Of a DNA stretch of 64,000 nucleotides, positions 12,057 through 22,176 are shown piece by piece. A model generated the notes under the pieces. That model was not told the origin of the DNA. It saw only the letters and a program-made list of their open reading frames with translations, and made no database searches. The DNA is from an uncultured SAR86 cluster bacterium. Lineage in GTDB: Bacteria > Pseudomonadota > Gammaproteobacteria > Magnimaribacterales > TMED112. The DNA is taken from positions 241-64,240 of the forward strand of contig CACATF010000001.1 of assembly GCA_902535365.1 (NCBI GenBank). Direction: 5' to 3'. A program made the position numbers and the translations under genes. Positions within the stretch are counted from its first letter, which is position 1. Each line of letters opens with the position of its first letter.

Positions 12057-12463
12057 TTTAAGTTCACCTGGGAGCCTTCTTTAAGGTCATTTTTTTCAAA
12101 CCAATCTTTATTCATTTCAATTGCAGCAATAATTCTTTCACTCCTAGAACATACTGATTCTGTACTAAGTGGTTGTAAATCATTTATTTGGACAATAGTT
12201 CTATCTTGATCTATGAAAGCAACCGAAAGAGGCAGGTTGGTGTTTTTCATCCACATGCATTTTTTACTTGTGCTTGGCCAAAAAAATATCATCCCTTCGT
12301 TTTCTCCTAAATAATCAACGCCCATAAGGCCTCTGGCTCTACTACTATCCGTGTCAGCTATAAAAAGCTCAAGCTTTACATTTTCGACTGTGACTTTAAT
12401 TTTTTCTGGTTTAGCTTCAACTAATATTGTTGCGAAGAGTAGAAATAGTATTCTGATAATCAT
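12053..12463 (-). CDS. DUF192 domain secreted protein
   Basis: Signal peptide, then ARGLMG...MWMKNTNLPLSVAFID, which is typical of DUF192 (COG1430). The ATG start lies 47 nt inside the rpe 3' end. Confidence 0.7.
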   Translation of the reverse strand: MIIRILFLLFATILVEAKPEKIKVTVENVKLELFIADTDSSRARGLMGVDYLGENEGMIFFWPSTSKKCMWMKNTNLPLSVAFIDQDRTIVQINDLQPLSTESVCSRSERIIAAIEMNKDWFEKNDLKEGSQVNLN

Positions 12464-13076
12464 CTGTATTAAATATAGCCGACCCTAAGACAAAAGTATC
12501 TGCCCCAGCATCTGAAACGTCTTTGATGTTTTCTGCATTTATTCCGCCATCAACCTCTAGCCTTGCTACAGATTCATTTTTGTCCATATAAGCTCTCATA
12601 TCTTTAATTTTTTCCAGAACATCCTCGATAAACTTTTGGCCTCCAAAACCTGGATTTACAGACATTAACAAAACTAAATCAAGCTCATTAAGATATTCTT
12701 TTGCTATGTCAGAGGTTTCAGGTGGGTTTATTGCCATTCCTGCTTTGCACCCATGCTTTTTAATCAATTTAATTGTTTCACTAATGTTATTTGTTGCACT
12801 TGGATGAAAAGAAATTAAATCTGCACCAGCTTTAGCAAACATCTCAACTAGCTCATCAACAGGCTCCACCATTAAGTGCACATCAATGAAGTCCTTAATT
12901 CCATATTCTCTCAATGATTTACATACCATTGGGCCTACAGTTAAATTTGGAACATAATGATTATCCATCACATCAAAGTGGATCCAATCTGCTCCAGAAT
13001 TAATAACATCTTCAACTTCTTTGCCTAACTGTGCAAAATCAGCTGAAAGGATTGAAGGGGCAATAATCTTATCCAT
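12417..13076 (-). CDS. rpe: ribulose-phosphate 3-epimerase
   Basis: IAPSILSADFAQLG, HFDVMDNHYVPNLT, VNPGFGGQKF, VDGGI. Confidence 0.95.
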   Translation of the reverse strand: MDKIIAPSILSADFAQLGKEVEDVINSGADWIHFDVMDNHYVPNLTVGPMVCKSLREYGIKDFIDVHLMVEPVDELVEMFAKAGADLISFHPSATNNISETIKLIKKHGCKAGMAINPPETSDIAKEYLNELDLVLLMSVNPGFGGQKFIEDVLEKIKDMRAYMDKNESVARLEVDGGINAENIKDVSDAGADTFVLGSAIFNTDDYQNTISTLRNNIS

Positions 13077-13707
13077 TATTTAAAAGTTCTAGAGTTTGAA
13101 TAGTACCGACATCATACCAATTAATCTTTGGAATTTCTGCATACAAATTATTTGATGAGGCATGCCTCTTGAGGCAATCATCCCAATAATGAAATTTTAG
13201 ATGTGCCACATGATTGAAAACTTCAGCATTTACCACAGAGAACCCCATCCACGTATAGTTTTTTGTAGTTTCCAGACATACCTTTGAGTTCTTAATGTTG
13301 AAATCACCCTGATTTTTGGTTTCAACTGCAAAAAGTGTTGGAGAAGTAAAACTTTTAAAATATTTATAATCTAGGTCGGAATATATATCGGAGTTTAGAA
13401 CTAAAAAATCATCATTGCCAAAATGATGTAATGCTTTTTTGATCCCCCCTCCAGTGCCCAAGATTTCTTTTTCTATGCTGAATGTAATTCTTGGATCATT
13501 ATTAAACTCATTTTCCACATAATTAATAATCTCATTGGATAAATAATGGGTATTTATTACTATCTGACTATAGTCTGCAGCTAGTAGTTTACTAAGATGG
13601 TATTTTATCAATGGCTGACCTTTGACTTTAATTAATGGTTTTGGGGTTGATTGAGTTAAATGGCCAAGCCTTTTTCCAAAACCAGCAGCTAATATCATTG
13701 CTTTCAT
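13069..13707 (-). CDS. murU: nucleotidyltransferase, MurNAc-alpha-1-phosphate uridylyltransferase MurU-like
   Basis: MKAMILAAGFGKRLGHLTQSTPKPLI (sugar-nucleotidyltransferase N-terminus). It is paired with an amgK-like kinase next to lptD, as in Pseudomonas. Confidence 0.75.
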   Translation of the reverse strand: MKAMILAAGFGKRLGHLTQSTPKPLIKVKGQPLIKYHLSKLLAADYSQIVINTHYLSNEIINYVENEFNNDPRITFSIEKEILGTGGGIKKALHHFGNDDFLVLNSDIYSDLDYKYFKSFTSPTLFAVETKNQGDFNIKNSKVCLETTKNYTWMGFSVVNAEVFNHVAHLKFHYWDDCLKRHASSNNLYAEIPKINWYDVGTIQTLELLNNG

Positions 13708-14639
13708 AATAGTCTTTTTATAAGTTTTGATTGTTGAGAATAATTAAGCTCATCCAATGAGTACACTATTCTATTTAAAAATTTATCTATGTCTTTTTTC
13801 CTATTTAATAAGTGGTCATCTTCAAAATAGCAAATAAAAGTTCCTATAATTCGCATCGATCTGTGTGCAAGAGCAACTAAAATTGAATGTTTCAATTCCT
13901 CAGATGTAAAGTTCAAAGCATTCATTTCAATGTGTTTGCTTAATGCGGCATCAATTAACTTATCATCGAAGCTAAAATCGTGATCAAATAGCAAAGAGGC
14001 CAAATCTATGCCAATTGGCGCAATATTAAGATCTTGATGATCAATAATGCACAGGCTTCCATCACAAATTAAAAAATTCCGTCTTTCAAAATCATTATGG
14101 GCAGGGAAAAATGGTTGTTGCATTAACTTGTTTACAAGATCTTTTCTTAAGCTGTCTATTTTTGCCTTATCTTCAGCATTTAATTCATTTTTCTTGTAAG
14201 AAAAAATTTTAAAGAAGTTATTTGTTTGATTTAGAAGCTCCTCCTCAGTAAATGACTTTAGAACAGATTGGTCTACAGCATAAATTTTACTTAGTTCTGA
14301 TAATGCTTGATTGATTAAGTTACTTTCATCAATTGAGTTTGCTGTATCAAGCGTCATGTCACCAAAATCTTCCTGCAGAATAAATTCAAGATTCTCCGAA
14401 AAAGCATATATATCTGGCACAGAGACGGAATGATTCTTTAATATTTTTGATGAATATAAAAACTTAGCTGCTTGTTCAGAATTTTTTTCGTTTACTGAGA
14501 GTATATATGATGCGTCTTCAGCAGAAACTCGAAAATAACTTCGAGAGCTTGCTTCTTGTCTTAGCTTGATAAGATTAAATGAATCTTGGCCAAGGGTTTT
14601 TGATAACCACTCTATAGCTTCTGAGGTTTTGTCTTTCAA
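13704..14639 (-). CDS. amgK: aminoglycoside-phosphotransferase-fold kinase, anomeric MurNAc/GlcNAc kinase AmgK-like
   Basis: APH-fold motifs (HNDFERRNFL, IDHQDL). Synteny: amgK-murU divergent from lptD-surA-pdxA. Confidence 0.7.
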   Translation of the reverse strand: MKDKTSEAIEWLSKTLGQDSFNLIKLRQEASSRSYFRVSAEDASYILSVNEKNSEQAAKFLYSSKILKNHSVSVPDIYAFSENLEFILQEDFGDMTLDTANSIDESNLINQALSELSKIYAVDQSVLKSFTEEELLNQTNNFFKIFSYKKNELNAEDKAKIDSLRKDLVNKLMQQPFFPAHNDFERRNFLICDGSLCIIDHQDLNIAPIGIDLASLLFDHDFSFDDKLIDAALSKHIEMNALNFTSEELKHSILVALAHRSMRIIGTFICYFEDDHLLNRKKDIDKFLNRIVYSLDELNYSQQSKLIKRLL

Positions 14640-15499
14640 CTATCTTTGACTACTTTAGGAACTGGATAATCTGCAGCTGGAACAAAAAAATCAGGCATAA
14701 GCTGATCAAAAGGATAGTCAGCATATTTCCCAAAATCTGTTTCACCATGCTCTGCTAATAAGGTATCGTCAATGATAAAATTACCTGTGAATTTAGACTT
14801 GTCTTTATTCAAGATAATATGAGCAGCATCAGCCATTATCTCTGGGCTTCTTGATTTGTTATACATCTCATCCCCACCTAAAACATTAGCTACTGCTGCG
14901 GTTTTAATAGCTGTTCTTGGCCATAGTGCATTAACAGCTATCTTCCCTTCAAACTCAGAAGCCATTCCTAGGACACACATGCTCATATTGTATTTGGCCA
15001 TTGTGTATGCAACCGAGCCCTTAAACCATAATGGGTTCATATCTAGAGGAGGAGATAAATTAAGAATATGTGGATTTTCTGCTTTTAATAGATATGGAAC
15101 ACAGGTTTTGCTTACCAAGAAGGTCCCTCTTCCATTAATGTTATGCATCAAATCATACCTTTTCATTTCTGTATCAAGAGTGCCTGTAAGACTAATTGCA
15201 GATGCATTGTTTATACATATATCAATGCCACCAAATTCATTAACCGTTTTTTGAACACAATCTTGAACGCTCTCTTCATCGCGTATATCGCATTTTAATG
15301 GTAGTGCCATACCACCTGCCTGCTCTATATCTCTAGCAGCAGTGTAGATTGTTCCCTCAAGTTTTGGGTGAGGCTCTGTTGTTTTTGCTGCTATAGCTAT
15401 TTTGGCTCCATCTTTTGCAGCTCTCATAGCAATAGCTAGACCTATGCCTCTACTTCCACCTGACATGAAAATTACTTTGTCTTTTAAACTCATATTCAT
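14636..15499 (-). CDS. short-chain dehydrogenase/reductase (HSDL2-like)
   Basis: FMSGGSRGIGLAIA Rossmann motif, NNAS, YxxxK (YTMAKYNMS). Confidence 0.85.
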   Translation of the reverse strand: MNMSLKDKVIFMSGGSRGIGLAIAMRAAKDGAKIAIAAKTTEPHPKLEGTIYTAARDIEQAGGMALPLKCDIRDEESVQDCVQKTVNEFGGIDICINNASAISLTGTLDTEMKRYDLMHNINGRGTFLVSKTCVPYLLKAENPHILNLSPPLDMNPLWFKGSVAYTMAKYNMSMCVLGMASEFEGKIAVNALWPRTAIKTAAVANVLGGDEMYNKSRSPEIMADAAHIILNKDKSKFTGNFIIDDTLLAEHGETDFGKYADYPFDQLMPDFFVPAADYPVPKVVKDS

Positions 15500-15531
15500 C
15501 CATCCTCTATTAGATTTATAATAACAACGAA

Positions 15532-17427
15532 ATGATTAAAATTCATAAATACATATCTGTTGTCCTTTTGGCTAGCTCATTTCATGCTTGGTCAGAGTGT
15601 GCTGATGAGAGCAATAACAAAAGAACTGATAAAGATATAACGATTCTTGAGGGATCCCTTGAGCTATCAGAAAAATTTGATATTACCTTTGAGTCAGCAA
15701 CTTCCAACAAAAACAACCTAGAATTCCAGGATCTTAAAGTAACTTCTTGTGAAAATTCATCTGCATGGAGTCTAGTTGCAGAACAAGCAACATATAACGA
15801 TGAAGTAAAAAGCCTGACAATAGACAATACTAAGCTTAAGGTTTTTGATTTGCCTATCTTCTGGCTTGGGGAAGTAACCATTGATGACTCAGATAGCGTT
15901 AATGTTCCAAATTTTGGAATTACAGACTCAAAGATTGATATAAGTTACAAATTTAAAAATAAAACTGAAAACACAATGTTTGTTTTAGAGCCAATTTATG
16001 CAAAATCTTCTTTTGGAGCTTCAATGAACTTTGATTATGAAGATGGTGAAAATTTTTTTAGTTTTCAAACTTTGGGCATAAATGATGACGATAAATCATG
16101 GGTTTATGACCTTGATGCTAATATAAATTTAACTGATTCTTTATCTCTTAATATTGATTACTCAGATTTCAGCGGGGAATCCTTAATCCAAAACTATGGG
16201 CATAAATATCTTGATACAAATCGAAGAAGCCTTGATCTTGAACAGTCATTTGGGCTCAATTTTCAACATAGGAACAGAAGTTTTTCATTGCAATCTACAA
16301 ATTACGTGAATTTTGGGTTCTTGAGGCCAGTTTCGCATACAAAAGATTTTTTTCTGTATGAGCGCTTTTTTAAAGTTAATGGTTGGGGATTAAGTTTAGC
16401 TACTGAATATTCACAATTTGAAAATAATTTGACCTCAGAATATCAGCTGCCTTACCAGCAAACTTTGTCAGCAGACAGAGAAGTGAGAGACGTTAGCATC
16501 ACGAGATCATTCAACTCAAACAACTTTTCTTACAATGTTGAATTTTTTAGTTCGTTTAAAACATATGAATACGATATAGAGGCCACAAGCGTTAATACTG
16601 ATTCACAGAATTATGTTTTAAAACAGGAGGTAAGCTTCAAAAATGATGGAGAATTTAAAATTGGAGCTATATGGTCAAATTTCAATGATCAATCTGAGCA
16701 ACCGTTACTAGACAGCTATCCAATTAATCCTTCTCCTGAATCAAACATAGCAGTTAGGCCATGGGTTGGGAAAGACAGAGATGCTAATTTTAGAAAAATT
16801 TATCTTTATAAAAAGGGCATGAATCAAAATTTCATGTATTCAATTTCCACAAATCTCTATGAGAAATACAACTATGACCAAGAAGATATGATTTTCTCAA
16901 AATTCTTTAATAAGAAGCCTATCTTTTTTTCACTCATGACAAGAAACAAAAACTTTAATATTTATGCAATGGGCAACTATAGCTATGAGGAAAGCAAATT
17001 TATGGGACTGACTGCTGGTTTTCGCTATTCTGATAACTCAACTAAATTTTCACTTGGGAAAAGCGAGATAATTCCGTCAAGCTATCCTCTGAAACCACTA
17101 CATAACTATGTTATGAAATTTAAAAAAGATTTTGATTCTTTTTCACTTTTCTCCAGAGTTCAATATGAAATAGATGATAAAAGTCTTAACGAAAGTGTTT
17201 TTGGCATTGAATGGATTTATGATTGTTTGCGTCTAAGATTTAGTTTTGAAAAAGCAAAATTCTTTCCGGTTGGGGCAGAATCAAATAATGAATTTAGCTA
17301 CATGCAAAATATTTATTTGACTAATCCAGCAGTAAAAAATAACCTTAGCTTTGAATTTGAACTTATTGGTCTTACAAACGTTCTAACACCAATAGATAAT
17401 ATTATTGAAAATGGATTATTTAATTAG
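15532..17427 (+). CDS. lptD: LPS-assembly outer membrane protein LptD
   Basis: 631 aa with a signal peptide, beta-rich N/S/Y/F composition and a C-terminal aromatic residue. It sits immediately upstream of surA-pdxA-rsmA-apaH. Sequence identity could not be checked, so the call rests mostly on synteny. Confidence 0.8.
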   Translation: MIKIHKYISVVLLASSFHAWSECADESNNKRTDKDITILEGSLELSEKFDITFESATSNKNNLEFQDLKVTSCENSSAWSLVAEQATYNDEVKSLTIDNTKLKVFDLPIFWLGEVTIDDSDSVNVPNFGITDSKIDISYKFKNKTENTMFVLEPIYAKSSFGASMNFDYEDGENFFSFQTLGINDDDKSWVYDLDANINLTDSLSLNIDYSDFSGESLIQNYGHKYLDTNRRSLDLEQSFGLNFQHRNRSFSLQSTNYVNFGFLRPVSHTKDFFLYERFFKVNGWGLSLATEYSQFENNLTSEYQLPYQQTLSADREVRDVSITRSFNSNNFSYNVEFFSSFKTYEYDIEATSVNTDSQNYVLKQEVSFKNDGEFKIGAIWSNFNDQSEQPLLDSYPINPSPESNIAVRPWVGKDRDANFRKIYLYKKGMNQNFMYSISTNLYEKYNYDQEDMIFSKFFNKKPIFFSLMTRNKNFNIYAMGNYSYEESKFMGLTAGFRYSDNSTKFSLGKSEIIPSSYPLKPLHNYVMKFKKDFDSFSLFSRVQYEIDDKSLNESVFGIEWIYDCLRLRFSFEKAKFFPVGAESNNEFSYMQNIYLTNPAVKNNLSFEFELIGLTNVLTPIDNIIENGLFN

Positions 17428-18670
17428 ATTTAGCTTTTTGTTTTTGACACTTTGTTCGTTCTCTTTTTATGCCTTTAGCAATCAGCTCGATAGAGTTGCC
17501 GTAATAGTTAATGATGGCGTTGTACTTGAATCTGATATACAGCTAAAAGTAAGAGAATATAAGAAAAATGCTGCATTAGAGGGGCAGAGCATTCCTGGCG
17601 ATGAAGCATTGAGAGAGACAGTTGTTGAGCAACTAATCCTGGATGAGCTGCAGCTTCAGATTGCTGATAGGGTTGGAATAAAAATAAGTGATGAGGAGCT
17701 TAACCTTACTTTGAAAACTCTAGCCCAACAAAATAACTTAAGCCTTGAAGACTTTATAAGCTTTGTTGAGAATCAAGGTGACTCATATGCTCAATTAAGA
17801 GAAGATGTCAGGAAAGGCTTAAAAATTCAAAGAGTTCAGAGAGGAAGAATTCAAAATAAAATATCTATTACACAAGAGGAAGTTGATAATTTCTTACAAA
17901 CAGAGGAAGCACAAAATCAACTGACACCAGAATTAAAAGTTCAACAAGTTCTGATTAGGAGAGATTCCAAAAATGATGTGTCTGCCGTACATAAAGAAAT
18001 ACTTCTTGGGCTGTCTAATGGTATAAACTTTAAGGAATTTGTAACTAAATACTCTGAGGATAACAACGATGGGGATTTGGGTTGGAGAAAAATTACAGGA
18101 TTCCCAGAACTATTTAAGAATCCAATCAAAGGTTTGAAAATAGGTAGCATCTCAGACCCTATTCAAAGTGGGGCAGGAAATCACATATTATTTTTAGAGG
18201 ACAAAAGAGGACCAACTGTAACTTTCGAAAAACAATGGAACGTGCGACATATTCTCTTAATACCGAACAGAATAAGACCTGAAAGTGCTAGTGAAAAACT
18301 AATAACTGAGATCAGAGAGAGAATAATTAATGGTGAATCATTTGAATCCCTAGCAACCGAGTATTCTGATGATCCTGGCTCTAAGCAAGAAGGTGGCAAC
18401 CTTGGATGGGCTGGTGAAGGTGTGTATGCTGAGCAATTTGAGATGATGATGAAAAAGGCAAATATAAATTCCGTTACCCAACCTTTTGTAACCCAATTTG
18501 GTTGGCATATTTTAGAAGTTCTAGGCACAAGAGTTGAGGACAAAACAGAACAAAGAATTGAAGACCAAGCTTTCCAATATCTTTATGGCAGAAAGTTTGA
18601 TGAGGAACTTGAATCTGATCTTCAGGAGTTAAGAGCAGAATCATTTGTTGAAATAAAAGAGTTTGATTAG
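17411..18670 (+). CDS. surA: periplasmic chaperone / peptidyl-prolyl isomerase SurA
   Basis: Signal peptide, N-terminal chaperone domain (DRVAVIVNDGVVLESD) and two parvulin domains (GWHILEV). ATG at 17411 (the track start at 17405 is TTG). Confidence 0.9.
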   Translation: MDYLIRFSFLFLTLCSFSFYAFSNQLDRVAVIVNDGVVLESDIQLKVREYKKNAALEGQSIPGDEALRETVVEQLILDELQLQIADRVGIKISDEELNLTLKTLAQQNNLSLEDFISFVENQGDSYAQLREDVRKGLKIQRVQRGRIQNKISITQEEVDNFLQTEEAQNQLTPELKVQQVLIRRDSKNDVSAVHKEILLGLSNGINFKEFVTKYSEDNNDGDLGWRKITGFPELFKNPIKGLKIGSISDPIQSGAGNHILFLEDKRGPTVTFEKQWNVRHILLIPNRIRPESASEKLITEIRERIINGESFESLATEYSDDPGSKQEGGNLGWAGEGVYAEQFEMMMKKANINSVTQPFVTQFGWHILEVLGTRVEDKTEQRIEDQAFQYLYGRKFDEELESDLQELRAESFVEIKEFD

Positions 18671-19634
18671 AAGCCCCGTTGTAATTTCTATTGGTGATCC
18701 AAGCGGCATAGGCCCAGAAGTCTTTCTGAAATCAATAGTAAATACTGAGCTTAGAGATAATCTAGAAAAAATTACTGTTATCTGTGACCCGACAGTGTTA
18801 ACAAACACCTTATCTGGCCTTGATGAATCACTAGAGATTAATATTGTTGCCGACCACAATCAGAATGCTCGTGATGCAGTTAATGTTATATGTTCTGAAC
18901 AATGCCCAGAATACCAACTGGGATTATCAGAACCCAAAACATCAAAGTACACACTTAACAGTTTAATTTATGCAGCTGATTATGCTCACAAACATTCTTT
19001 TGCTCTGGTAACAGGACCTATTAACAAGAAAACAATTAGATCTAGTTTTGAAAATTTTACAGGTCACACAGAATTTCTTAAGGAGAGGTATAAGTCTGAT
19101 GAAGTTTTGATGCTTCTAGCAAATAATTCCTTGAAAGTCGGCGTACTAACTACTCATATACCTTTATCACAAGTATCAAAAAGCATAAATGAAGATTTGA
19201 TCATACGTAAAACTAAGATTCTCTTTAGTGGAGTAAAGGCCTTAACGGGCAATGAAAGTCCAAAAATTGGTATTTTGGGACTAAATCCACATGCTGGTGA
19301 GGGTGGATCTTTTGGAACAGAAGAGATAGATACAATAATCCCTGCAATTAAAAGTCTTGAGCAACTGGGCATGTCAATATGTGGTCCATTATCAGCAGAT
19401 ACGGCCTTTTTAAGAAGCGATGTAGACGCTTATATGTCAATGTATCATGATCAAGCACTTCCAGTTATTAAAACCTTGGATTTTAAAACAGCAGTAAATA
19501 TTACACTTGGCCTTCCTTTTATTAGAACCTCTGTAGATCATGGAACTGCTGAAGACATCGCAAAAAATTTTGAGGCGGATTTTGGTAGCATGTATGAGGC
19601 AATTAAATTAGCAGGAAATGCAAATTCGTCATAA
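18663..19634 (+). CDS. pdxA: 4-hydroxythreonine-4-phosphate dehydrogenase
   Basis: ISIGDPSGIGPEV, GHTEFL, NPHAGEGG, MYHDQALP, SVDHGTA. TTG start. Confidence 0.93.
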   Translation: MIRSPVVISIGDPSGIGPEVFLKSIVNTELRDNLEKITVICDPTVLTNTLSGLDESLEINIVADHNQNARDAVNVICSEQCPEYQLGLSEPKTSKYTLNSLIYAADYAHKHSFALVTGPINKKTIRSSFENFTGHTEFLKERYKSDEVLMLLANNSLKVGVLTTHIPLSQVSKSINEDLIIRKTKILFSGVKALTGNESPKIGILGLNPHAGEGGSFGTEEIDTIIPAIKSLEQLGMSICGPLSADTAFLRSDVDAYMSMYHDQALPVIKTLDFKTAVNITLGLPFIRTSVDHGTAEDIAKNFEADFGSMYEAIKLAGNANSS

Positions 19635-20373
19635 AAAGAGTCTTGGCCAAAACTTTCTTAAAGATAAGCTAATCTTAGAGAGAATCGTCGATTCATCTGA
19701 AATTAATCCAACCGATGATGTCTATGAAGTTGGTCCTGGTGACGGCGCATTAACTGAATTTCTTTTTCAAAAGGTTAACAGCATTACCGCATATGAGATA
19801 GATAGATCTTTAGTGCCAATACTAAATAAGAAGTTTTCAGAAAGAAATTTAGAAATTGTTAATATAGATTTTCTGAATGCTAATCTAGAAGAATTATCAA
19901 ATGCTAACTCAGTAATAGTTGGCAACCTGCCATATAACGTATCATCTCAAATTATTTTAAAAATCTTGGAATCTAAAATTACATTTAAACATTGTATTTT
20001 CATGGTTCAAAAAGAAATGGCAAACCGATTCATTCTTAATCAAGAAAAAGCATCTAAATTATCATTGTTAGCAAAATTGCGTGCTGATATTGAAGAACTT
20101 TTTGAAATACCACCAGAAGCATTTAACCCAATGCCTAAGGTAACTTCTTCTTTGATAAAAATTACACCTCATAAAAATTACAGCCAGGATTTTGATACAT
20201 TTAAATCCATTCTTACTGTTGCATTTGCAAATCCCAGAAAGAAAATTAGCTATCCACTTAAAGCGCTATTCAAAACTATTCCAAAGTTTAGCTTTAGTCT
20301 TGATCTTAGGCCTGAAGACCTTGCACTAGATGATTATTTTGAAATACTAGAGGAGCATGAGAAGCAAATTTAA
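19618..20373 (+). CDS. rsmA: 16S rRNA (adenine1518/1519-N6)-dimethyltransferase
   Basis: KKSLGQNFL, EVGPGDGALTE, GNLPYNVSSQI. Confidence 0.93.
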   Translation: MQIRHKKSLGQNFLKDKLILERIVDSSEINPTDDVYEVGPGDGALTEFLFQKVNSITAYEIDRSLVPILNKKFSERNLEIVNIDFLNANLEELSNANSVIVGNLPYNVSSQIILKILESKITFKHCIFMVQKEMANRFILNQEKASKLSLLAKLRADIEELFEIPPEAFNPMPKVTSSLIKITPHKNYSQDFDTFKSILTVAFANPRKKISYPLKALFKTIPKFSFSLDLRPEDLALDDYFEILEEHEKQI

Positions 20374-21175
20374 ATTTGTCATAGGCGATATACAGGGCTG
20401 CTACAAAGAGTTTAAGGCATTACTTAAACTTATTGATCCCAAAAAGGAAAATAAAGTTTTCTGTGTAGGTGATTTAGTAAATAGAGGTCCTGATTCAGAA
20501 AAAGTAGTCGACTTTATTTTAGAAAATAATATTAAATCTGTGCTTGGTAACCATGATTTGCATATGTTGGCTATTTTAATTGGTGCAAAAAAACACAATA
20601 AAAAAAAGGATACATTGCAAAAAGTAATTTCAAAAAATAAATCACTAGACATCATTGACCATTTTCTTAAATACCCTTTTGCAAAAGTTTTGTCCAACGA
20701 TAATAAAAAAACATTAGTTGTACATGCGGGCATTTTGCCAAATTGGAAATTATCTGATGTGCAATCAGCAAATGATGAGCTAGTTGCTGAATTAAGATCT
20801 GATCCTGAAAAATTTTTAACAACGATGTACAGTGATCGAGGGAAAGCAATCTCTAAATCTACTAATAAACTTAATAGAAGAAGGTATCTTGTAAATGTTT
20901 TTACAAGAATGCGCTTCATAACGCCTCAAAATAAACTTGATCTTAAAACTAAGCTAAAGAAATCGACAAAAGAAAGCTATTTGCCTTGGTTTGAGTATGA
21001 TCACAAAACTTTAAATGATGTTGATGGGATTATATTTGGTCATTGGGCTGCAATAAATGGTGTTACTAATCACAATAAAATAAAAGGAGTTGATTTGGGC
21101 TGTGTATGGGGTGGGTCATTAGCAGCAATAAACATATATGACAAATCAATAATTACCGTAGAGTCAAGAAAATGA
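20357..21175 (+). CDS. apaH: bis(5'-nucleosyl)-tetraphosphatase (symmetrical)
   Basis: VIGDIQGC, GDLVNRGPDS, GNHDLHML, HAGI. Follows rsmA. Confidence 0.9.
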   Translation: MRSKFKFVIGDIQGCYKEFKALLKLIDPKKENKVFCVGDLVNRGPDSEKVVDFILENNIKSVLGNHDLHMLAILIGAKKHNKKKDTLQKVISKNKSLDIIDHFLKYPFAKVLSNDNKKTLVVHAGILPNWKLSDVQSANDELVAELRSDPEKFLTTMYSDRGKAISKSTNKLNRRRYLVNVFTRMRFITPQNKLDLKTKLKKSTKESYLPWFEYDHKTLNDVDGIIFGHWAAINGVTNHNKIKGVDLGCVWGGSLAAINIYDKSIITVESRK

Positions 21176-22176
21176 AAATTTATAAAGTCGGTGGCTATGT
21201 GAGAGACAAGATACTTGGTGTAAAGTCAAAAGACATTGATTGGCTTGTCGTTGGAAGCACTCCTGAAGAAATGATTAAGAATGGCTTCACTCAAGTTGGA
21301 AAAAATTTTCCTGTTTTTATTCATCCTGACACAAAAGAAGAATATGCACTTGCAAGAAAAGAACAGAAAACTGGATTAGGACATAAAAACTTTGAGTTTA
21401 ACTTTTCTCCTGAAATCACTCTTGAGGAAGATTTAGCTAGAAGAGACCTGACGATAAATGCAATTGCTGAAGACGAAAGAGGTAACCTAATCGATCCATT
21501 TAATGGTCGAGGCGATATCGAAAATAAAATACTTAGGCACGTTTCTGACAGTTTTTTTGAAGATCCGCTTAGAGCATTAAGAGTTTGCAGGTTTGCAGCT
21601 ACTTTGCCTGAATTTTCTATTCACACCGAAACATTTGATGCTCTTAAAAGAATATCAGATTCAGGGGAGTTAAAGCATTTATCTAGGGAAAGGGTTTGGG
21701 ATGAAACCTTAAAAGCGCTAAAAGGAGACTTCCATAAATATTTAGAGCTTATAAAGAAAATAAACTTAGATAAACCATGGTTTTCAGGGCTAGAAAATAT
21801 TCCAAGCTCTTTGCCAAGCAATATTATTGATAAATGGTGCTATGTGGCCAGAGAAAACAATTTTAAATTCGGTGAAAATCTTCTTCATTCAAAAGATTTT
21901 TCTAAGCGCTTAGCTTTATGGAAGAATCTTAGCAATTTGCAGGATATTAATGATAAAAAACTTCTTTCTAAAGAATTGATTAGTTTATCTCAAAACATAG
22001 ATATTGATGACATGGCAAAAGTTGTGCCTTATTTCTCAGAAAAAGCAGAATTTATTTATAAAATAATTAAAGATTATAAGAAAAGAGATCTTACGCACTT
22101 AAATGGCATGAATGTAGAAGAAATTAAAGATGCCAAAGCATCAATTTTTTTAGAAATTATAGAAAAGCATGAGTAA
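21172..22176 (+). CDS. cca: tRNA nucleotidyltransferase (CCA-adding enzyme), short form without HD domain
   Basis: The N-terminus aligns with E. coli Cca: MKIYKVGGYVRD, DIDWLVVGSTPEEM, EEYALARKE, RRDLTINA, EDPLRALRV. Only 334 aa. Confidence 0.88.
   Translation: MKIYKVGGYVRDKILGVKSKDIDWLVVGSTPEEMIKNGFTQVGKNFPVFIHPDTKEEYALARKEQKTGLGHKNFEFNFSPEITLEEDLARRDLTINAIAEDERGNLIDPFNGRGDIENKILRHVSDSFFEDPLRALRVCRFAATLPEFSIHTETFDALKRISDSGELKHLSRERVWDETLKALKGDFHKYLELIKKINLDKPWFSGLENIPSSLPSNIIDKWCYVARENNFKFGENLLHSKDFSKRLALWKNLSNLQDINDKKLLSKELISLSQNIDIDDMAKVVPYFSEKAEFIYKIIKDYKKRDLTHLNGMNVEEIKDAKASIFLEIIEKHE

Noticed and set aside
20401-20919. 172-codon ORF antisense to apaH. It is the longest of many antisense ORFs in the track, for example 2961-3332 in rpoD, 14856-15254 in the SDR, 18181-18543 in surA, 35325-35681 in tatC, 41885-42223 in tkt and 62244-62576 across coxA/coxB.
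   Set aside because: The translations are low-complexity S/L/F-rich strings with no recognisable motifs, SD or promoter. Each lies fully inside a well-supported sense gene. In this frame, stops only arise at Tyr/His/Gln codons preceded by particular third positions, so long open antisense runs are expected occasionally. These are treated as shadows of the sense frame.
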